This document shows, in pieces, positions 58,020 to 64,000 of a stretch of DNA of 64,000 bases (the first letter of the stretch is position 1; the number at the start of each line of letters is the position of its first letter). The position numbers and the translations under genes are program-made. Location: positions 605,366 through 669,365 of the forward strand of contig JACKGF010000001.1 of assembly GCA_020632095.1 (NCBI GenBank), in the 5' to 3' direction. Source of the stretch: Candidatus Nomurabacteria bacterium (lineage in GTDB: Bacteria; Patescibacteriota; Minisyncoccia; Phycocordibacterales; UBA918). Under the pieces are notes generated by a model. The model ran no database searches and was not told the origin of the DNA. It was given only the letters and a program-made list of their open reading frames with translations.

Positions 58020-58967
58020 TTAAAATTTTGATAAAAATTCGCGAATTATTCGCCGTACTTTTTGACCAGACGACTCTGCCACACCGCAAACTTCATAGTA
58101 GGCTAAAACATCTTCAGTCGATAATAAAGGCTTGTTACTCGTGTCTTCCATTAAATAATACATGACAGATGAGTTACCATCAACGTGTTCGATACCGAGG
58201 GCATGTCCAAACTCATGAGCCAACACCCTCACCAATTCATTATCATTAGAAAACTTATAGACATGAATTGAACCATCTGACTGATAATCACCCTGAGTAA
58301 ATTCATGTTCAAAGCCAAATTCAGCGTTATACTGATTTACCTCACGATTATATGAATCTACCAATTGATTACCCTTTTCACCCAAACGATTAATTTCCTT
58401 AGCTAACTCGTTCAAGTCATTGGCGGCTTTTGTCAAAGCTTCAGCTTCGGCATTTAAATTTAAACGTTTTTTATCAAGCTCAGCAAAGACATCGGAAGGA
58501 GCGCCGCCTCTATCGTTATATTTGTTAACCTCAGCGTTATATTTTGATAAATTTGACTCATACTGACTGGACTTGGTTTGGTAGGCCCTGCTTAAAGCTT
58601 GGTATTCTCGCTGCGCTTTTTCGACCGCGCTCAACACTTGTTCGTTTTGTTCACTTTGTTTATCCAAAGCTTGCCGTTTTTCTTCTTCTAAATTAGCGGT
58701 AGCTTGACGTTCATCAAACACAAAATCAATCACAAAATCTGCCGTTTCATCGTAGACAAACAAATCACGCTTAACATTATCCTCCCAAACAGCTTCGGCT
58801 TCAGTAATCCTATCCTTAGCTACTTCCAGAGATAAATTAAAGGACGGGTCAATATCACCTACTTTGTAGTGTAGCGGAACCGGACAGACACGCTCTCCCG
58901 ACTGATACCAATAAGTACCAGCTATCACCAGTGTTATCCATAAAGCAAAAAAATAAGACTTCCCCAT
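58020..58967 (-). CDS. Membrane-anchored zinc metalloprotease (metzincin, HExxHxxGxxH).
   Basis: LAHEFGHALGIEH. N-terminal TM. Coiled-coil middle region. Confidence 0.7.
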   Translation of the reverse strand: MGKSYFFALWITLVIAGTYWYQSGERVCPVPLHYKVGDIDPSFNLSLEVAKDRITEAEAVWEDNVKRDLFVYDETADFVIDFVFDERQATANLEEEKRQALDKQSEQNEQVLSAVEKAQREYQALSRAYQTKSSQYESNLSKYNAEVNKYNDRGGAPSDVFAELDKKRLNLNAEAEALTKAANDLNELAKEINRLGEKGNQLVDSYNREVNQYNAEFGFEHEFTQGDYQSDGSIHVYKFSNDNELVRVLAHEFGHALGIEHVDGNSSVMYYLMEDTSNKPLLSTEDVLAYYEVCGVAESSGQKVRRIIREFLSKF

Positions 58968-58994
58968 AACTATCAGCTAATCATACCAGAACCA

Positions 58995-59058
58995 AAAACA
59001 CAAAGGGCGCCCAGCGGGGACTGCGTAGTCGCGATACGTAGTCCCTGGTGGGCGCCTG
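58995..59058 (-). terminator. Long imperfect GC hairpin followed by a T-rich tract, after the 59121..59537 gene.
   Basis: gggcgcccagcggggactgcgtag...tacgtagtccctggtgggcgcc. The minus strand is followed by tttgtgtttttggtt. Confidence 0.45.
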
Positions 59059-59120
59059 TGTGAGGCAAGCCTCATATAAAAAAATATGTCCGCAAGAGCC
59101 GAGACTCTTACTTGCCTACA

Positions 59121-59537
59121 TTATACATCACTAGCCAAAAAGTCAGCTGGAGATTTCAACAGTCGACCAGCCTCAGAACCAGCACTTACATCATATAAAT
59201 AAGATGGTTTGATAGTAATTATTCCGTGCAAAGTTCTTTCAGGGAAACGTTCTTTCATTTCTTTGGTATAAGAATCAAACATCTCTCCTGACTCTACATA
59301 ATCTGCTTCACCCTTTATTTGGATACCAGCCAATCCAGACCAAGCGATCAGAGCCACAGTTTTATTTTCCTTTAAATTTTCCACTGTCTTACTCATAAAA
59401 AAATTAAACAGATGAATTTCTGTTTCTGAAACATCAATTACCGAAAAAGGCACCACATTGATACCGTGTGGACCAGTAGTAGCAAGAGCTCTCGCCTCGG
59501 CGTTTTGCAAGGCATCAATTATATCTTTAGTTAACAT
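59121..59537 (-). CDS. Pyridoxamine-5'-phosphate-oxidase-like (FMN-binding split barrel) family protein.
   Basis: 138 aa. GINVVPFSVI...TVALIAWSG pattern. Confidence 0.45.
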   Translation of the reverse strand: MLTKDIIDALQNAEARALATTGPHGINVVPFSVIDVSETEIHLFNFFMSKTVENLKENKTVALIAWSGLAGIQIKGEADYVESGEMFDSYTKEMKERFPERTLHGIITIKPSYLYDVSAGSEAGRLLKSPADFLASDV

Positions 59538-59639
59538 ACCCTCATATTATAACTCTGCTTAAACCATCATTTCAACTAAATAACATGGTGATCTGCTACG
59601 ATATTACGCCTTGGTAATCCCAAACCAACACTATGGCAC

Positions 59640-60098
59640 TTGATCATATTGACCTATAATCTATCTATGGAAAGTTTTTTGACTAACGTAGATCCAAACC
59701 TTATTTTTATACTTAATATCTTCCTCTCCCTGCTAGCCGGACTAGCCATTGGTATCGAACGAGAAACCAAAGGAAAAGACGCTGGAATCAGCACCCATTC
59801 CTTAGTAATCTTGGGGGCAATGTTATTTACCTTCCTCTCTGCTCAAGTTGACCCCGACTCAACCTCTCGCATTGCCTCACAAGTAGTGACCGGAATTGGC
59901 TTTCTCGGTGCTGGATTAATCCTTAAAGAAGGCACTTCCGTCCGCAACCTAACCACCGCCGCCAGCCTGTGGTTCTCCGCCGCCATCGGTATGGCCATCG
60001 GCTTCGGTTACTATGTCCCCGGGATCTTATCGGTACTGGTAGCCCTCCTAGTCCTCCGCATCCCCCGCATCATGAAGAAGAGTCAAAGTCACGATTAG
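59640..60098 (+). CDS. MgtC/SapB-family membrane protein.
   Basis: LLAGLAIGIERETKGKDAGISTHSLVILGAMLF and GIGFLGAGLIL motifs. Confidence 0.8.
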   Translation: MIILTYNLSMESFLTNVDPNLIFILNIFLSLLAGLAIGIERETKGKDAGISTHSLVILGAMLFTFLSAQVDPDSTSRIASQVVTGIGFLGAGLILKEGTSVRNLTTAASLWFSAAIGMAIGFGYYVPGILSVLVALLVLRIPRIMKKSQSHD

Positions 60099-60147
60099 TC
60101 ACGTATCCCAACCAAACATTTCCAATAGGTAACCCTCGGGCAGGATT

Positions 60148-60984
60148 TTACAAAAATTGAAAATATTTTTTTAACTTTTGTTCCATTTTTTTAGCCTTTT
60201 CTTCGGATTTTTCTATTGTTAATTTAAAGATGCCTTTTGTTTGCACGATCTGCTCAATTTCTTTTTGAGCTTCAATTTGCAGTGGCAAACGAGAATGCGT
60301 AGCCACAAACCTATCAAGTTTACTTGCTACTACAGAATCAAATTCGGCTTTAAATATGTATGGACCGAGAAGGTTGTAGTAGGTTGTAGATTTTTGTTTT
60401 AAAGGGTTCTCTCCCATTGTGTATTCAATAAGTTTTCCCAGTTCCTTCTTTCTTGATTTCAACACAACCATATCAAGCACGCCACAGTGAGTTAACAAGA
60501 TTCGCGATAGGCGTTTCGTCTCAAGGTGTTTTTGTATCCAGTATGCGTCTGTTTCCGGACGAACATAAGGATACCAATCGTGAGGTTGAATAGAGTACGA
60601 TGGCGCGGAAATATCAACCTGTTCAGCACACTGGAAATACGAATGGGTCCAAAATAAGTCTATTTCATTGAGAGTATTGAAACTAGTAACCATTTTCTTA
60701 CTCTTCTTTACTTTTGTCAGCTCATCAAAATCAACCGCCGACTTGTAGGCCTGTTCGGCAAAAAGGAGTTTTTCTTTTTCCTGTGCAATCCATATTCCTG
60801 ATAGGGCGATAAACTTTCCATAAACAAACACAACCTCTTCGGCTTTAAGTTTTCGAACTGCTTTATACACTCCTTGCACCGAAACATTTGTCACCGCAGA
60901 AATATACTCGACCAAATCTGCTACCCGCCACGAACCGGTGTATAGTTGATTCAATATTGCTTGTTCAATAATCCCTGTCCGCAT
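60148..60984 (-). CDS. Hypothetical protein with an N-terminal winged-helix-like region.
   Basis: RVADLVEYISAVTNVSVQGVYKAVRKLKAEEVV. Confidence 0.45.
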   Translation of the reverse strand: MRTGIIEQAILNQLYTGSWRVADLVEYISAVTNVSVQGVYKAVRKLKAEEVVFVYGKFIALSGIWIAQEKEKLLFAEQAYKSAVDFDELTKVKKSKKMVTSFNTLNEIDLFWTHSYFQCAEQVDISAPSYSIQPHDWYPYVRPETDAYWIQKHLETKRLSRILLTHCGVLDMVVLKSRKKELGKLIEYTMGENPLKQKSTTYYNLLGPYIFKAEFDSVVASKLDRFVATHSRLPLQIEAQKEIEQIVQTKGIFKLTIEKSEEKAKKMEQKLKKYFQFL

Positions 60985-61086
60985 ATTTAAACTTATGGTT
61001 TAATTTTACCCAATATAATGCCTTTCATTTGCCAATAAGTCAACTTTTGACCTAAACTCCTCTCTAAAACATCTGTTCCCCGTTCA

Positions 61087-61539
61087 TTGACAGGAGGTTA
61101 TATGAAAAATAGTAAACTCAAAACTTTTCTCAAGTGTTTAAAAGTTTTTCTCTTCAAGTACTTTCTGCCCGAATATTTTCTCGTACCTTGGAAAGTTACC
61201 CGAGTACAGGTGGCCGATAAGTACAGTACTATTAACAAACACAAGACGACATACTGTTTGGTTGTTTCCTTAAAAAGAATGAACCAAACAATAGAAGCTG
61301 ATGAAGAATATTGGAGGCAAACCGAAATTGCAGACAACTCTTACATCATCTTCCGGGAAAGTCGAATCCATAACGATGTTATTGGGGGAAGAAAATTCCA
61401 ATTCTATACTAAAAAACAGAATTTTCCCGTAGCATTTATGCACGTAAAATTCTTTATGGAGTTGTATGTATGGCTAGTATTGTTCCGCTATCCCTTATTG
61501 CTTTTGTTTATCCTGTCTTTCCCGTTTATTTTTGGTTAA
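61087..61539 (+). CDS. Hypothetical membrane-associated protein, paralogous to the next gene.
   Basis: Shared N-terminal block EYFLVPWKVTRVQV vs EYFLMPRKIEKVKV. C-terminal TM. Confidence 0.4.
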   Translation: MTGGYMKNSKLKTFLKCLKVFLFKYFLPEYFLVPWKVTRVQVADKYSTINKHKTTYCLVVSLKRMNQTIEADEEYWRQTEIADNSYIIFRESRIHNDVIGGRKFQFYTKKQNFPVAFMHVKFFMELYVWLVLFRYPLLLLFILSFPFIFG

Positions 61540-61581
61540 AACTAAACTCAACTCACTGCCACTGGCAAAAGGAAATTCAAC

Positions 61582-62343
61582 ATGATGTTTAAAAACATAT
61601 TACAACACTGCTTCAATCTGCTGAAAATTGTTCTACTAATGATTCTAAATCTCTGCCGATACTTGGGCTTTATAGACGAATATTTTCTCATGCCGCGTAA
61701 AATTGAAAAAGTGAAGGTAAAAGGTAAAAGTTACCAAGATTGGTCATTTCGGGCAGCCAGTGGACGGAGTCATTTTCTGATTGTTATTGTCGACAATCAT
61801 GTTGCCAAACTATGGCTGACCGAAGAAGATTGGCAAACCTACCAATCGGGTAATGAAATCACTATCAATTATCGATTAAGTCGAGTTAACGACCTTCGTA
61901 AAAACGGTAGGTATTTAGACGGTGAAATCGTCCCAAGTGACACCAAATTGAATCCGGAAGAAGTAGCTAGCGAGATAAAAAAAGACTGGTATACGCAACT
62001 AGAAACCGCGACAATGTATATCCTCCCTATCATTTTTGCTTACACAATTATCACAACTGATTCTGAGTCATCCTCGCAAAATACCAGGTGGAGTTATAGC
62101 GAAACAGAAAGCTCACTCTATACCTGTCTAGAAAGTAAAGAAGAGAGGTGTACAGCGGTTGTATTAAGAGACGACACAACTGCCCCAATAACACCGGAGT
62201 TAAGGGAGGAAATGTTATTATTCTGGAATAATAAAGTGGATTGTGGAAAAGTATTCAAGTGCTCGTACCTGAGGAATGATTTAATCATTCAAATCAAAAG
62301 AATTGAGTTTAAAGAGGTTTCCGATGGAATAAAGAAGGAGTAG
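61582..62343 (+). CDS. Hypothetical membrane protein (paralog of the preceding gene).
   Basis: N-terminal TM. Shared motif with 61087..61539. Internal TM (MYILPIIFAYTIITT). Confidence 0.45.
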   Translation: MMFKNILQHCFNLLKIVLLMILNLCRYLGFIDEYFLMPRKIEKVKVKGKSYQDWSFRAASGRSHFLIVIVDNHVAKLWLTEEDWQTYQSGNEITINYRLSRVNDLRKNGRYLDGEIVPSDTKLNPEEVASEIKKDWYTQLETATMYILPIIFAYTIITTDSESSSQNTRWSYSETESSLYTCLESKEERCTAVVLRDDTTAPITPELREEMLLFWNNKVDCGKVFKCSYLRNDLIIQIKRIEFKEVSDGIKKE

Positions 62344-62347
62344 TGAA

Positions 62348-62500
62348 ATGATACGGAAAATTATATTTTGGTGCTTGAGAAACTTTGGTGTACTTTTAAG
62401 TTTTTCTATGTTGCTTTTTGCTTTTTGGACTGTATACGATTTTTATGTAACAGACCCAGAAAGATTCTGGATTAGCCTATGTAGTTTTCAATCAAAGTAA
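62348..62500 (+). CDS. Small (50 aa) hydrophobic ORF.
   Basis: ATG...TAA. FGVLLSFSMLLFAFWTVY TM segment. Below the ORF-track cutoff. Confidence 0.25.
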   Translation: MIRKIIFWCLRNFGVLLSFSMLLFAFWTVYDFYVTDPERFWISLCSFQSK

Positions 62501-62520
62501 CCCTGAAGACAACCAAAATC

Positions 62521-62560
62521 GCTCGGAGCCTAGGCTCCGAGCAATTTTTATTTTTTTATA
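62521..62560. terminator. Bidirectional terminator between convergent genes.
   Basis: gctcggagcc-tag-gctccgagc followed by aatttttattttttt. Confidence 0.6.
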
Positions 62561-62566
62561 TTCTTT

Positions 62567-64000
62567 CTACACCCCACCATTCTCTTTTTCCTTCTCGGCT
62601 AGACGCTTACGCATCATTTGTTGGGCGGCGTTCATGCTGTGTTGGTAGTAGAGAGACTTTACACCCTGCTTCCACGCTTGGATGTAAAGTTGGTTAATAT
62701 CTTTGACCGGTGTGTCTGGTGCTACCATTACATTGAGTGACTGTCCTTGGTCGATGTATTGTTGTCGCTCCCCAGCCTGCGCCAACACTTTACTCTGATC
62801 TATTTCAGAGAAAGTTCGGTACACTGCTTTCTCATCATCAGACAGGAAGTCTAGATGTTGCACTGAACCATCATTATCACGAATACTATTCCAGACCACT
62901 TTCGTATCCTTCTTCTTTTCTTTCAAAAGTTTAAGCAGCATTTGGTTCTTGATTGGCACCTTCATTTTGGCCACGTCTTTTATGTAGCAGTTGGACCAAA
63001 TCGGTTCAATCCCTTGTGATACCTGACCAAGGATGAAGGCTGATGAGGTGGTTGGAGCAATCGCCATCGTGGTAGTGTTTCGTCGGCCGTAACCCTTGAG
63101 CACTTCTGGCTCGCCCAATTCTTTAGCTAACTTCTTAGATTCAGCATCAGCTTTTTCTTGAATATATTTGAATACCTCACGGTTGATTTCCGCCGCTTCA
63201 TCACTTTCAAACGCCAAACCTTTTGCTTGTAGCAGTGAGTGATAGCCAAGCACACCAAGTCCCAGCGCTCGGTTCGCCTTAGCGAAGTTGTAGGCTCGTT
63301 CCATAAAATCAAAAGCGCGACGCTTTTCTGGACTTTCCGAATCACGCATCACTTCCAACTTCACAATAAAGTCTTCCATTACTGCATCCAAGAAAGCAAT
63401 CATCGTTTCTACCAAATCTGTATCCTTCCAAGCATCGTAATGGAGCAGGTTGATGGAAGACAGACAACAAACAAACGACCAATCGTCCTTGCTCGGTAAC
63501 ATAATCTCACTACACATGTTACTAGCGTAAATCTTTAAATCTTTATCCTTGTAGACATCAACGGTGTTTTTGTTGGCAGTGTCGTTGAAGAGAATATAGG
63601 GATAGCCCATTTCGCCTCTCCGTTGAATAATCCGCGCCCAAATCTTTCTTTTCCCGTCGTCACCAGCAATCATTTCTTCCATCCACTTGTCTCCCACAGT
63701 TACTCCGTGAGTTAACTTTTGGATTGGGTTTCCTTCGGTTCCGATATCGAGAAATTCCATAATATCTGGATGTTCTACTGGCAGATATGGTGAGAAATTA
63801 CCTCGTCTGACTGAACCTTGACTAACTACGTCTACCAAAGTTTCAAACAACTGCATGAAATGAACCGCGCCAGAAGAACTTCCATTATCTCCAGAAATAT
63901 TTGCCCCCCGCTCGCGCACGGCGCCAAAGTAGCCTGAACATCCACCGCCGTACTTACTCATCATCCCCACTTCAGCATTCGTAAATAGAATACTACCCAT
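62567..64000 (-). CDS. Ribonucleotide reductase large (alpha) subunit, C-terminal 477 aa. The N-terminus lies beyond the window end.
   Basis: Active-site SNMCSEIMLP and CCLSSINLL motifs. The ORF runs off the window edge. Confidence 0.8.
   Translation of the reverse strand: MGSILFTNAEVGMMSKYGGGCSGYFGAVRERGANISGDNGSSSGAVHFMQLFETLVDVVSQGSVRRGNFSPYLPVEHPDIMEFLDIGTEGNPIQKLTHGVTVGDKWMEEMIAGDDGKRKIWARIIQRRGEMGYPYILFNDTANKNTVDVYKDKDLKIYASNMCSEIMLPSKDDWSFVCCLSSINLLHYDAWKDTDLVETMIAFLDAVMEDFIVKLEVMRDSESPEKRRAFDFMERAYNFAKANRALGLGVLGYHSLLQAKGLAFESDEAAEINREVFKYIQEKADAESKKLAKELGEPEVLKGYGRRNTTTMAIAPTTSSAFILGQVSQGIEPIWSNCYIKDVAKMKVPIKNQMLLKLLKEKKKDTKVVWNSIRDNDGSVQHLDFLSDDEKAVYRTFSEIDQSKVLAQAGERQQYIDQGQSLNVMVAPDTPVKDINQLYIQAWKQGVKSLYYQHSMNAAQQMMRKRLAEKEKENGGV

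Overview
This is a low-GC bacterial window with compact genes, mostly on the minus strand. The ribosomal-protein and tRNA-synthetase genes look like a Candidate Phyla Radiation / Parcubacteria-type genome (inference). It opens inside a partial 23S rRNA gene (minus strand, about 1..3015) that carries three large insertions. One is a 220-nt element exactly at the E. coli L1931 intron site. One is a helix-63 expansion of about 300 nt holding a small ORF with a strong Shine-Dalgarno sequence. One is a helix-45 intervening sequence whose 18-bp stem encloses a near-perfect tRNA-like cloverleaf. Downstream lies mainly housekeeping DNA: rplJ-rplL, ftsK, recA, an ECF sigma factor, efp, rpsF-ssb-rpsR, ahcY with a PfkB kinase, metG, glyQS, ileS, glyA, a complete thymidylate-cycle cluster (thyA, tmk, dut, dcd, folA plus a CofE-like ligase), rplK, nusG-secE, and a partial ribonucleotide reductase. 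Accessory content stands out against this background. (i) A Y1/HUH tyrosine transposase gene (REP-associated tyrosine transposase / IS200-like) sits between inverted REP-like hairpins. An array of the same 19-nt REP hairpin and an orphan PemK/MazF-like toxin lie next to it. (ii) A 153-bp tandem repeat occurs in three copies. (iii) A roughly 5.6-kb insertion splits the conserved nusG-rplK cluster. It carries an IS1-family element, an IS5/IS1182-family element, two cargo ORFs of unknown function and a complex field of dispersed and tandem repeats. rplA is absent from its usual place next to rplK. (iv) ileS encodes an isoleucyl-tRNA synthetase with a histidine-phosphatase (PGAM-like, RHG motif) domain inserted between the catalytic core and the anticodon-binding region. 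(v) A TrpR/YerC-like regulator gene is bracketed by two identical 20-bp palindromes resembling a trp-operator. No CRISPR array or cas genes were seen. Function calls rest on motifs recognised by eye, not on database searches.
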